A stretch of DNA of 64,000 nt from Octopus bimaculoides. Its lineage: Eukaryota. The stretch lies in contig NC_068981.1 of NCBI RefSeq assembly GCF_001194135.2, positions 144,490,551 through 144,554,550 of the forward strand, in the 5' to 3' direction. The notes under the pieces were generated by a model. That model saw nothing but the letters and a program-made list of their open reading frames with translations, was not told where the DNA came from and ran no database searches. Below are positions 1 through 12,830 of this stretch, in pieces (position 1 is the stretch's first letter; each line of letters begins with the position of its first letter). The translations under genes were made by a program, and so were the position numbers.

Positions 1-1800
1 GCATTTCCGTGGGCATGCGATGTCCTTACTGCACCTGTTACTGCTGCTGCTGTTGTTGATGTTGCCGTTGTGGATGCCGTCGCCGATGGTGCTGTTGTCG
101 CTGCTGTTGATGCTGGAGCTGGGGCTGCTGGTGTTGGTGGCGGCGTCGGTATTGTTATCACCCCCTGTGTGTGTTGCCGGTGCTGCACCTGTTGTTGTTG
201 CTGCGGATGCTGTCGTCGACATTGCCGTTGTTGGAGCTGTGGGCTGTTGGTGTTGGTTTTGGCGACCGTGGGGTTGGTGGTGACATCGGTAATACTATCG
301 TCACTGCCGGTTGTGAAGAAGGCGCTGCTATTGTCAATATTGCAGTTATTGTTGTTGTTATTACTATTATTATTGCAGTCTTCACCGATGGTGGGGAAGC
401 TGTCATGGCTGCTAGAGGTGCCATTAGCCGTGTTTATGCCGGTGCTTTTTCTAGGGCCGCTGCTGCTGCCGTTGCTATTGTTGCCGCTATAGCTGGTGAC
501 GGCACTGGATCCATTTCTGATGCTACTATAGGGGCTGTCCGGTCTGCTAGCGTGGACATTGTCAGGTCTGCTACTGTGGATGTCAGAGAAGCTACTGGTA
601 AGGTTGGTGTTGTTGGCGATATTGCTGTTGTTGATGTTAGTGATGGTGCAGTCAGGTGCTTTGTCAGTGCTGTCGATGATGCTGGTATTGTCGACGTTGT
701 TAATGCTATCCAATGCGGCGATGGTGGCGGTGTTGTTGGCTCTGTTCTCGTGTCTACGGCTGCTATTGCGTCTACCGGTGGTATTGGCAGGGTTCGCTCG
801 TACGTCGCCTTGCTAGACAACCCCTTTGGTTTAGTAGTGGCCTCCTACCATGTAAGTGTTGCAGTTCCTGGATGAACAACCTACCTCTTCCTGTGGCTTA
901 GAGGCGCTAACTAGGTTATTCTTAACATTGGGAGCACAGCTAAACGAGACCCTAACGTTGTGCCCGTTGAAAATGAACCCGTACCTATGAGAGCTAGTGA
1001 AGAGCTAGTCTAGTAATCTAAGGAATAGTCTACCTACGGTCGTTATTGTGTTAAGGGAGAAGGTGGGAGCAAACCAAATTGTATTTCTGCAACGCTTCCT
1101 CCTGCGAATGTTGGGTTCAAGCATATAGGAGATGTGGTCCCTAAATCCGCTGGCAGCTAGGGCCTCATTATAGTACGCTGCCGGAGTGTCAAAGACTTCT
1201 TGGTTAGAGGAAAGGCTCGAAATCCTCTTACTAACACTCTTTACCAGGTTCTTGAACACGATGGGTGGGTGACAGGAGGCTGTGTTGATATACATTAGCT
1301 TCTCGTTTGGTTTGTGGTGGGGCATGTGAGTACCGGAGCCCAAGTCGAGCGTGACGTTTAAGAAGTCTGCTCTTGTGAGCCTTGTCTCTATGGTGATCTT
1401 CAATCCTATGGAGGCAAGCGAAGCTGATTAAGTTTTTCCTAAGCCTAACTGGTGTATGACTTAGGTGTCATCTCTGTAGAGGCCAAAGAGGACACAAAGA
1501 AATTTTTTCCTAATGGTATCTAGGATATACAACCCTATGAGATCGCATACGTCAGCGCTGTCGAAGGCTCCCATCGCTTCGTCAAAGGAGCCCGTGGTGT
1601 CGGATTGCTTGACCTATGCCGAACCTTTGTTGAACAGCACTGTCTTTCTGGCATGCATAATAATTTCTACATCTCTGTCGCTAATGCTAGTGAAGCACTT
1701 TAGGGAATTCCTGCTAGCATTTTGGAATCTGGAAGATATCGACACAGCCAGAAGTCGGTAGCCAGTGGCAAAAGGAGATAACCCCCTATTGTATACCTTC
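1..1800 (-). mobile_element. Decayed Penelope-like retroelement: RT core, thumb, linker and start of GIY-YIG endonuclease, running off the window edge
   Basis: Minus-strand translation gives IIMHARKTVLFNKGSA*VK, SFDEAMGAFDSADVCDLIGLYIL, LFGLYRDD (YRDD at 1467-1478), LKITIETRLTRADFLNVTLDL, HPPIVFKNL, WFAPTFSLN, IFNGHNVRVSFSCAPN, then TKGVV*QGDV (GIY-like). The frame from 1403 to 1 has stops only at 1005-1007, 831-833 and 813-815. Confidence 0.9.
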
Positions 1801-2039
1801 GTAGCTTTTTGGAGACCTCAAAATGGCGGCAAAGCTGGGAGTCGATAGTCGATGGCCAATGGCAGAAGAGAGATAATCCCCTTGTTTACATCCGTAACGA
1901 GACCTTCCCCCTCCATACTTTGAAGAGATCTTAGACCAACAGGTTTTGGGGTCTGGTGATACGCCATAAAGTTAAACCCTTTATGGACGGGAAACCCAAG
2001 GCAATCCCATAAAAAGATTTTCCCCAGTAATATACATAC

Positions 2040-2095
<56 letters not shown>

Positions 2096-2100
2096 GCACA

Positions 2101-2205
2101 AACAACGGGCTTCTTTCAGTTTACATCTGCCAATTCCATTCAGAAGGCTTTTGTCTGCCCGTGGCTATAGTTGAAGACACTTGCTCAAGCGGGACTGAAC
2201 CCTTG
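2101..2205 (-). mobile_element. Fragment of tRNA-derived SINE family A
   Basis: ACAACGGGCTTCTTTCAGTT...GGCTATAGTTGAAGACACTTG...GGGACTGAACCC matches the fuller copies at 24.4 and 28.1 kb. Confidence 0.8.
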
Positions 2206-3066
2206 GTCCCGAAAAATTCAACTTGTATGCCGAAAGATATTTGCGGCGGAGTGCAATATAACATGTTTTGACATAAATGAAGTTACTAAATATATTATAG
2301 GTAAATAAAGAGAAATGAGCTCAAACTTCAATCGAATTTTCATCGACGATTCCTATTACGATGTATTGGGTCTTGTTCACCAACCAAGCAGCAGTCTTTT
2401 AAGTCATTGATTATTTTCAGTTGACACAATACCAATATATTTTCGATCAAGGCTTCATTCGATTGATTCGTTTTCAATGTATTATTGCTATTTATTTTAT
2501 ACTTCAAATTTGGAAAGTCGATCTCTGCCGTGATAATTTAATTCTCAACAAACGAAACTAAATACAGTAAACAATTTACTGCGGTGCTCTATCGATTCAT
2601 CAGTACTGTAACGATAACGAGAATATAAATTTGTAACGTGTATTTGCGTTATATTTTTATCGACAGAATATAAAAACTACATTGATAAGTGTTAAGTAAC
2701 ATAGTGTGCAAAACCGGATTAGTTTTATTGAGATAGTAGCCTCAAGATTATTACACATGGAAAAGAAACCCCCAGGTGACTAACACCACAACATTTGTTC
2801 ACCAATCAATTATTTTATTAGGATATTTTTTCAAAAACTGTAGGAACCTAAAACGAAATATGAAAATAAAATTATACATTAGATGTATTTCCGTAAAGAT
2901 AATCTATGTTGTAAATATTTTTGTTATAGTATTCTTCTTACAAAATGTGTGCGTATATGTAAAAGTAGTCAAATTCACACAAATATGTATATCATAAACA
3001 GATAAAACCACATACATACGGTGCACACGCACACATACATAGAGATAGGCAAATAGATAGACACAC

Positions 3067-3111
<45 letters not shown>

Positions 3112-3509
3112 CATACATACATACATACATATGCATNNNNNNNNNNNNNNNNNNNNNNNNNNNNNNNNNNNNNNNNNNNNNNNNNNNNNNNNNNNNNNNN
3201 NNNNNNNNNNNNNNNNNNNNNNNNNNNNNNNNNNNNNNNNNNNNNNNNNNNNNNNNNNNNNNNNNNNNNNNNNNNNNNNNNNNNNNNNNNNNNNNNNNNN
3301 NNNNNNNNNNNNNNNNNNNNNNNNNNNNNNNNNNNNNNNNNNNNNNNNNNNNNNNNNNNNNNNNNNNNNNNNNNNNNNNNNNNNNNNNNNNNNNNNNNNN
3401 NNNNNNNNNNNNNNNNNNNNNNNNNNNNNNNNNNNNNNNNNNNNNNNNNNNNNNNNNNNNNNNNNNNNNNNNNNNNNNNNNNNNTATATATATATATATA
3501 TTCACATAC

Positions 3510-3547
<38 letters not shown>

Positions 3548-4236
3548 CACACAACACACAACACACACACATATACATGAAGTAGATAATAATTACATGT
3601 GTATGCAGGTAAGAAATACACGTTTGAAAATATGCAACGTAGCTCAAAACAAAATAGATTTCACTGATAGGGATTAATAGATAACAAATTAATTAGAGCT
3701 ATTATCTGTGCGAAGGAAAAAGTGGAAAATGGGAAATCTCGAAGGACTATACATGTCTACATACTTAATTTCGTGTCTGTATGTTGATATTTATATATCA
3801 ACATGCATAAACACGCACACGATCATTAACACTCACGTGCGTAAATACATTCTTTGTCAAATATGTACACATATATTTATGCGTATATTCATACACACAT
3901 ATACATACACATCTATATGCAAATAAGTATGTACATGTGTATATCTATGTACACGTTATGAGCGGCGGGAGTATTATTCGTTCAGTATAGCGATCTGTAT
4001 ATCTTACTTAACGTGGATATACTGTGAAAAGGCCACGACATTGCGGTGTTTCCCTTGAAACGAATAATCCTAAAAGCACAGAAGTATCAGTAGCGGCAGT
4101 GGATTAACAAAATCATTGTTGCTTTCTTGCAGTATATGCAATTTAAGTAAGACATACAGATCGCCATGCTTATATGTATGTACAGGCTTGAATGTGTGTG
4201 TCTGAATGTGTTTGTGTACGTGTTTGTGTGTAAATA

Positions 4237-4348
<112 letters not shown>

Positions 4349-5099
4349 TGTTTCGGTGTATTTATGCGTGTATGTGTGTGTATGCGTATGTCTGTGTTTT
4401 GGGAGTCTCTCCTTGCTTCGACGAATAAATGTTTGGCAAGGCACAGTATCAATAGCTGTGTCGTCGTGTGTGGAAATTGAGGCTAATCCGGAATCTGCAG
4501 ATCGAATTGCAAAGGCTACAGAAGTGGTCTCCTTCAGTTAGTAGGAAGTTTGAATCTGGCTTTACGCTGCACTCTTTTCTCTTTCAGGAGGTTGATCCTG
4601 ACTGCCTCAAACCCCAAAATGGCCTGGCAACAATAGCTTCTCTACTGGGCCTCTTCCTGTCTCTGTCGAGTTTTTCCGTTTCACCACTGGACTTATGAAG
4701 AACATATGATGGTCTTAATGCAAGTTTCTTGATTTGATGAACACCATGTACGATGAATATTTTGTGCATCATTAGTGCATAATGAATGCCAGTGTCCAGT
4801 CTATCAAATTTATATTCATCTGGTGCAACTAGTGTCACGAAACCAGCAGTATCAGCATGCAGAATTTTTTCTTAGCTGAGCAGCTAAAAGGTTGAAAGAG
4901 CTCATCGGCCCTGGGTCTGCTGGAGTGTCTGTGTGTGACCTGCCAGAGGCAACTCTCTGACACGATGTTTAACCTATAGCTGGTACCCTGTCAGGTGCTA
5001 CTACTCCGTGTCAGAAAAGACCGAGAAACAACAGTAGCTAAGTGGGTGACTGCCTGCAATCTTCAAAACCCTGGGATTCCCGAACAAGGACGACACAGT

Positions 5100-5989
5100 C
5101 GGATGCAGTTTATATATGTACACTTAAGAACACTATAACGATATCACAATTCATCTAAACGGATTCAGAATATTAATAATGATGTTCCCGGAAAATCAAC
5201 AGGGCCATCGCCAAAGACCTTCAGGTGTTGGAGTAGACTATCAGATCTGTGGTGTGTGAGACGCCAATTCATATCTATAAAGACACAGGAAAACCGTTTA
5301 ATCTGAGCCAAGTTTTTACTTAGAAGTTTTTTTTTTTAATTTAAGGAACAAATTTAAAAACCTCACGAACAAATTTAAAAACCTCACGAACAAATTTAAA
5401 AACCTCATGAACATGAAATGCTTTGGTTCTCTCTGATGAGAAAAAACGTCATCCAAGCTCCAAAGAGCTGTCACTTGGTAATGTACAGATTCTTTTGAGG
5501 TTCCAGAATGATGTCCAGTAAGTTTCCCGCAAATATAATGGTTTTTAGTGGGGTGAGCAACGAAGATCAGGATATGACATCTCATATCTTTCCAAAGAGT
5601 TGTAGAATTAATGTTACTGGATACGTTGAGATGCTTAAGAGAGTTTTTAAGCCCTTGGTGGATAAACTGCACTATGCAAGGATATGCCTGTTTCAAAATG
5701 ACTCATTATGTTTTCAATAATCTTACGTAACCCAAGAATAGATATCAGACAAACTACACGATCGTGTAACACCAAACATGCCAGATTTAAATCCCATGGC
5801 CTACTGCGTTTGGAGCCTTAGAGAAAGAGAGTGGCTAATATACATTCTCACAATACCGTAGTTTCATTAAAGGCGGCCATGGTTCAGGTAATATCCGAAA
5901 TGAATAAGCAGCCTTTTGTGCAGGCATGTAAAAGATTCCGGTCCCGCACTGAAGCAGTCACCGAAGCTGAAGGGAGATTCATACAATAA
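5100..5989 (+). mobile_element. Decayed Tc1/mariner transposase, DD37D (maT)-type spacing
   Basis: PGKS..AIAKDLQV (HTH), WF-SDEKN (first D at 5435-5437), KFPANIMVFSGVSNED..MTSHIFPKSCRINVTGYVEML, FQNDS (second D at 5700), PDLNPMAYCVW (third D mutated to A at 5799), RFRSRTEAVTEAEGRFIQ* (stop 5987-5989). The second-to-third D distance is 99 nt; restoring the missing 15-nt WPPNS gives 114 nt, i.e. 37 intervening residues. Confidence 0.88.
5346..5413 (+). repeat. 21-bp tandem triplication inside the maT relic
   Basis: GAACAAATTTAAAAACCTCAC at 5346, 5367 and 5388 (last base T in the third copy), plus a partial fourth copy. Confidence 0.95.
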
Positions 5990-7812
5990 TTTCATGAGAA
6001 AGCTGATGAAGAACATGTGCACAAGTTTTTATTAAAATACATTTGGCTTTGACTTGATTAGACTTGGTTTGTTAAATTACCAAATATGTACTCAAATGCC
6101 TTTCCCTCTGTGTATGTATGTATGGTTACACACACACACACATATATATATANNNNNNNNNNNNNNNNNNNNNNNNNNNNNNNNNNNNNNNNNNNNNNNN
6201 NNNNNNNNNNNNNNNNNNNNNNNNNNNNNNNNNNNNNNNNNNNNNNNNNNNNNNNNNNNNNNNNNNNNNNNNNNNNNNNNNNNNNNNNNNNNNNNNNNNN
6301 NNNNNNATATGTACATAAATGTTTTCAAGGTTTTTTCCCCCTTAAAGTTTTAAGAATAAATTTATATAATTATTCCATTTTCTTTTTTATTTCATTCTTT
6401 ATGTATCTGCAATTTTGATTTACTTATTTCTACTAATTAAATTTCTTTCACAATTTTCCATTCAGAAATTACAATTTACCTTTGTTATAGGGAGTATTTG
6501 GCATGCAACGTTTAAATTCTAATTTTTATCCAAGAATTTCTTGCTCCGGTGCACTATTCAGGTTTGTTACGTTTTTCTTCTCTTTTTAAAAACTATCGCT
6601 TTATATACCGTTATGCACTTCAAAATAACAACCACGTTTATGACTTTTCCAACACAGAAACAAACATATTCAAGAAAGAAAAATCAATTTCAAAACATAA
6701 ATATGCGTACAAAATTATTCGAAAGCAATTTCTGATGGGTTGAGTGGGTGATTTTTAATTACATCTCCATCTTTAATTTCATTTCTATAATCTCTGAGTT
6801 CTGAACTTAACTCAGTTCAAGCCACCTTATGGTAATCTCATATGTCTGACTTTGGGGAGAAATATATTAAGTAATAAGCATGGGCTTCCTTCAAACAAAA
6901 ATTGTTTCATCTTGTATGTTTGACCTCACTGACTTTGTTAGTATGCACATAGTTAAGTAATGATTAAAATACTAAATGTAGTGAACAAATAATTTTTTGA
7001 ATAATTCAACTCTGCACTGTTAGAAAAAAGAATCATTAGATCAATTTAAATTTGATCAAAGCAAGTAGAGAAAGCATCTCTATAGAGGAACTAACAAAGC
7101 ATCACAAGAGCTAATATTAATGAAATATGATCTTTAGTTCTTGCATTCAGCTGGGAGATTACATTCGGGTCCAGGGCAACTGCTTGAAGTGCGAGGCGGT
7201 CGAGTTTTGAATGATTCTGACCCTCCTACTTTTGTTAGTGATATTTTATTGTTTAAATTGCCGTGAATTTTTTTTTATCTAACTTTCATGCTATATTAAG
7301 TATTTTCACCCTCCCTCTGTGTTATTGTATATTTTTGTTCGTAATCATATATATAATTGTTTATGCGTACGTGTCAGATTCATGGGGTCTATAAAAATTA
7401 TTAATTAAATTTGATCCTTGACAAGTACGTTGATAACTCCGTTCTTTCTTCCTATATAAATGTGGATTACTTTACATAGTACAAAAATAGATAAACCAAT
7501 ATATATTTCTGGCGTTTTCGACCCGCAGTCTGAACCATTAAACCCACTTAATTTTTTAGCGCACTCCGGAACATGCTCATGATACGTTCTTATTTCACTT
7601 TCCATATTAATTTTGTGACTTGATGCCTATTAAGAAAAATCAATAAATGGAAAGTCACCACTGCTGTAAACCTTATCAAATTAGAAACATCTCGGTGCTT
7701 CACAGTTTGTGGTGGCCTAATTCTGTCCCAGATGGCAAAGATCTAGGAAATAGGTGCTTTCATCAGTTTTAGCAGAATTAAATGAATGCTGGATAAATTC
7801 TTAAGATGCTGT

Positions 7813-8860
7813 TATGAGAGTTGTCCTGGAAGTAATTCAAATAATTTTTTTTTAATGACATATGCCGTTTAAATTGTACATGCCGGTAGAATAACTCTTT
7901 ATCTCCACAGAGACACCACTCAACATAGGCTCCAAGTCTCCATCATAGCCGATTCATTTGCGCCATTGTTGAATCCAACTTTCGAATCCTCTCTGAGAAA
8001 CTTTATATATATATTGTTCACCCACTTTTTCTCAGTTTTCCTTCACCTCGACTGTGTCATCAAATCATTGTTTCCGAAAACTGAACTCTGTTGGACCGAA
8101 CAGGTGAAAGTTGGAGCGCATCAGATCCAAGTTGCACGGTGGGTGGGAGATCACTAAACAACCAATTTGCCGAATGTCTGATTTGTTGCCGATGATGCGT
8201 GGGGTCACGCAGTGTAATGCTGAATAGGAAAGATTTTCAGATTTTTGTTTAGGTCATTTGCTCCTAATGGCTTCTCTATGCTCCTGTAGTGTCTCAATGT
8301 ACCACTCGTCGTTCTCTGTAGAACCATGGTCTAGAAAATCGAGGAGCGTGACAACGTAACAGTCACTATGAAAATCTGTGTCGATCACTGGCTCTTGAAC
8401 ATCTTAGGCCTTAAAAATGAGGTGTGACGCCATTCAGTGGATTGAGTTTTCGTTTCTGGATCATAAGGAGATGCCCATTTCTCATTCCCTGTCACCAGAT
8501 TGGAAAAAAATTGTCTTCTTTGGTTTCAAACATTTCAGGCAGATCAGAGCAAACTCTCTCCCTTCTTTCCTCTAGACAGGTGTCAGTTACCAAGTTATCG
8601 ACTTTGCTTACACTTTTCGGTATTCAAAGTCATACTTCTTCATTGTAACTACAGTCCAGCTGTGTAGTAAACTCACAAATTGTAATTCGTCTGCTTGCGC
8701 AAATTAGTTTGTCCACTTGTTAGTGATTCGCATCAGCGTTTGCTGAAGTTGATATTCTCTCACGGGTTTTATTTTCAATGTTGGTTTCACCTTCTTTAAA
8801 TTATTTCGTTTCCCACAATGTATCTTGTGATGGACGCATTTTCCTCAATGTTCCATATGA
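7813..8860 (-). mobile_element. Decayed mariner (DD34D-like) transposon with one TIR
   Basis: Minus strand gives VTGNEKW, DFLDHGST, QHYTA*PH, HPPCNLDLMRSNFHLFGP and WIQQWRK*IGYDGD; all three catalytic Asp are mutated. TA followed by TGAGAGTTGTCCTGGAAGTAATT at 7813 resembles a mariner TIR. Confidence 0.85.
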
Positions 8861-10509
8861 AAAGTTACCAGAAACAGAATGAAACTGAGCCTCATTCATG
8901 ATATGGGCTTACTATTCACTAAAACAAATATAAACTGGGGGTGAAAAATGAGCATTAACGTATTGTTCCATATTGTGCGTTAACCATCACGTGAACTAGG
9001 TGAAGATAATGATTTTCATAAAGTTGGTTCACTGTAAATGCTTCTGTACTGGTGGATCTTTTTATATTTCTTAAAGTATTTTCATATAGAAAAGAAAATA
9101 AAACTTAAATTCACTTACCTGTATATTCACAGAATATAAGGATGGGCATTAACTGATCCAGTTTATCATCAAATGTTTACTGGACTAGCAAAATGTTGAA
9201 AAACAGATATAGAAGTTTCTTCGTCGGCTCATACGCAGTCATAGGGGTGATTACATTCAACTATTAGAAGATGAATGTCTTGGTGAGAAACACGATTCAG
9301 GATATAAAATGCAGACTCCTTGGTTGACGTATCTCAAAGTCTAGTACATCAGAAACTTTTCTTTTAAATGGAACTGAACTGTTAAAGTAAGTCCCAATAA
9401 AATTATTTTAACTGAGTAATCTATTCTAGTCCATAATGTACTTAATTGAAATTCCGCTTTAAACCGTGTCTGTTTTCAAATCTGCTGTTTGAAAAGTCAA
9501 TAAGTGGCATGTTGACTTATTTTGAGCAGTCCCTATGGTAACAAATACATATAACTCTTAGTATGTATATTAGAGGACTACAAATGTCCACCAGCATTTA
9601 ATCAGCAGAGATATGTACGTTTCTATAGTTTACAATATATGGATTAAATTTTTAAATACTTCGGTGGCGATCTAAATCATCAATGGATTACAAGGCATTA
9701 CAAATAACACACATACACACATAGTAGTATACGTATACACACACGCATGAACGCATACACACACACACAAACACAAACACGCAGACACACGCACACGCAG
9801 ACACGCGCAGACACACGCACACGTGCGGGCGCACACACACACACACACACACAGACATACACACACACAGAGATCAACATCGGCGAGAGAGTGTCTATGT
9901 GCTTACATGACCTAATAGCCACTCTCTTAAAATTGCCAGGGCAAATTAAATAATGTACGCCGTCTTTTCCTTTTGGCATGTTTTTTTATCACAGATTTTC
10001 TGAGTTGGGATTGACACAGGATTAACCATCAACAACAAAAACTATAACAAAGAAATAGCGAAAAGGAAACACATCGCTTTTATATATTTTTTTAATAATT
10101 ACATTATCTCTATTGCGATGATGACTAAAATGTGTATAAAACTCGATGATGATAAACGAAAAATCTAAAGGAAATTGCAACAAAGAAAATTAGATGCAAA
10201 TAATTGGAAAAATAAGTTTCAAATGAGACGTAAAATTGTGTTAAGATAAATGAAAATACATTGCCATAATATGTACTAACAACGAACAAAATTATGAAAA
10301 CAAACTTTCTCTTGCATAAGTAATTGCTTCGAGATTATATAACTCAGAGAGACTATTTACATAATTATTAATTTAGTTAGTGTTAATATATTTAACGCAA
10401 GAAACATTAAAACACTAAGTAGAAATAATTATCCTGTAGGGAATAAACAACACAAGTTAATGACTAAACATTACTTAAACGACTTCCGTAAATACCAGAC
10501 AAAATTCCG

Positions 10510-10541
10510 GACATGTTTCGCTCTTATTATGACCTCATGAA
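10510..10541 (-). ncRNA. Degenerate minimal hammerhead-like core (probable PLE pseudo-LTR remnant)
   Basis: Minus strand TTCATGA-GGTCATAATAAGAGC-GAAAC-AT-GTC. GAAA and GTC are intact, stem III is the palindrome ACATGT, stem II is GGTC/GAGC with one mismatch, and the CUGAUGA box carries two substitutions. Confidence 0.4.
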
Positions 10542-11389
10542 CGAAGTATAGGCGATAAATTCACACACACACAGATGTATACAAATATGAGTGTATGTGT
10601 GTCTGTGTGTGTGTGTGTAACACTAGAGTCGTCAAATGTAAGTTAGTATGATTTGGGAGCGCTTACCATACATTTTATAATTGTTTAATTGTTTTGGGGA
10701 CCCAAACAGTCGTTAGTACAGATACAGACACTCTTTACACAACTACCACTTTTGTCTCAATAGAAGTTCTATGATGTCATTGTTTGGGGAAGAGAGGACT
10801 ACACTCCCAATGGGCTAGGGGTCATTTCTGTCTGGTAGACTAAACGTGAAATGAAGTGCCTTGCGTAAGAGAACTACGCGCTACCCAGTCCAGGAATCGA
10901 GTATATTATCTTATAATCTTGAGCTGAACATCCATCCCACTAGTCCCTACATACTATCTCAAGGTATACAGAAATTAATTGTAGAGAAAGAATTTCATTC
11001 GGATGATTTGGTAGATTACTGGTTCATCAATGAACACACAGACAAATACCAACACTCCCACAGCCCAATAACGCAAGTAAGCAGTTTGTTACTTCATATC
11101 AAATCAAAAATCAAAATATTAAAATATAAAAAAAAGTTTAAAATGAATAAATTAGCATTTCCCTTTCTTACACACACTTATAATTCTTCAATGATTTATA
11201 ATATCTCTAGCTCTGTAATGCTATAATCAATTTGTGTATTTCCGGCCATGCAACTCTACTGAATTCTTTTTAAACGCAAATGGGAGTTTTCGTAACAAGA
11301 AAGTAAAGCAATGCATCGTCCAATTAGCTTAAAACATACGCACACAAACATGTGTATGTATATATGTTAGACACTGAAGCCTTCTCCTT

Positions 11390-11420
<31 letters not shown>

Positions 11421-11879
11421 GGTTACAACGGGGATATACGTAGCATTATGCTTGCTTCTATCTCTCAAACAAGCCGTATGTTTTCTCTTCTTCAATATAT
11501 TCGCTGCGGGATCGATATACTTGATTATTGCGTTGTCTGAATCAGGGTTGTTGATCCTACATCACTTCCTTTTCAAGCCATTTGTTATCTAGAGAACAGT
11601 TGTCGGATGAGCTGTAGTTACATAGATATTGAAGAGAATTATTTAGAGTAATTTTTTTTCTATTAAATATTTGTGATCCTATATTTAGGACGAAAACGTA
11701 ACTAGCGTTAGCAGTGTTTCAATTAAATATTGAATGGTATTTATGTGAAGGTGGAAAGTGTATATCAATTAATGTTGGAAGCGGCTAGAAGTATTTCTTG
11801 CCACGTTCAATACGGTGGATTGAACCAGGATTTTTCTTACTGCGTCTATGGGATGTAATGGGGAGGGTTGTCGTTGAAG

Positions 11880-12830
11880 TTTTAACTTGCTAATACGTAG
11901 TTGTAATACAGGACAGCTCTATAGAATTCGCTTCATTTGAAGAATTCGCTTCATGACGTGCTTTATGATTATTTACGGATAATTTGTGAACTGCTAATGT
12001 CGGTGACTTCTGAAATTGTTTCACGAAAAGGCTGATATATATATCTGTTCTTTGAAACATGTTAAAATTCAAATAATTGACTATTTTGAGCTTGGTATAA
12101 ACTGTAAACATTAGGCTACGATGTGTTAATATTGTAATTTACTTATTCCTAATAGTATCCATTTTGTCGCATCTATTTTTGTAACGTATCACCCCTTAAG
12201 GCATCATCCCTGTATAGTCCTACATTGGCTTCTTTTATTTCACTGTTTAGTCTATATCGGATAAATAGGTCAATCAAATCCGAAATTTTAGCCTCATTGT
12301 ACCTCCTATCATGACATCAACGAGTTCATCACCGCATTTTTTTTAACACAATAGGAATTTTTGTAACAAGAAAGTGATGATTTTCTGGCATTCATCTTTA
12401 TAATAAGTTGGATTCGAACCTATAGTGTATAACTTTTCGGATTCGAGGGCCTGGAGCAGAAGGACTTTTGAGATTGACGAGTAAAATCCAAAAATGTCAA
12501 ACTGTATAAAGTTCGATGTGTGTTTATAATTTATACACACAAACCAATCAATGATTCCACCGTACATACGCATTATTTGAGTTAACTCCAATATTTATAA
12601 TAATTCTATATAATATCGATTTGCTAATGATGGATTTTTCACTTTTAGTGTGATGAATTTGTCGATAGTTGAGATTTTAGTTAAGATTCACAGTCATAAA
12701 AGAGTTTCCATCTCTAGTGATTCATCGGTGAAACCGCCGCATGATTCTAACACTCGAGTCTCTTTGAGATGTTTCTCTATCATAACTAGTGCTGTTGTAC
12801 GTTTGTACACATATTTGAAATGTCATATAC
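11880..12830 (-). mobile_element. Second decayed Penelope-like RT fragment (same GLYRDD type as 1-1800, a diverged copy)
   Basis: TKSEKSIISKSILYRI, IIDWF, FIQFDIFGFYSSISKVLLLQAL, EAKISDLIDLFIRYRL, NVGLYRDDAL (YRDD at 12203-12214) and TKLKIVNYL (thumb start). Confidence 0.88.

Noticed and set aside
20-901. Plus-strand Leu/Val/Ala-rich ORFs resembling membrane or signal peptides
   Set aside because: They are the antisense reading of the low-complexity PLE segment (GTT/GCT repeats).
4440-5090. GC-richer segment with acceptor-like ctcttttctctttcag and an LVAPDEYK motif reminiscent of RLE LINEs
   Set aside because: No frame stays open after the acceptor and the motif match is too short to assign.
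9119-9390. Splice-site-like signals on both strands
   Set aside because: Every frame between the paired signals contains stops.
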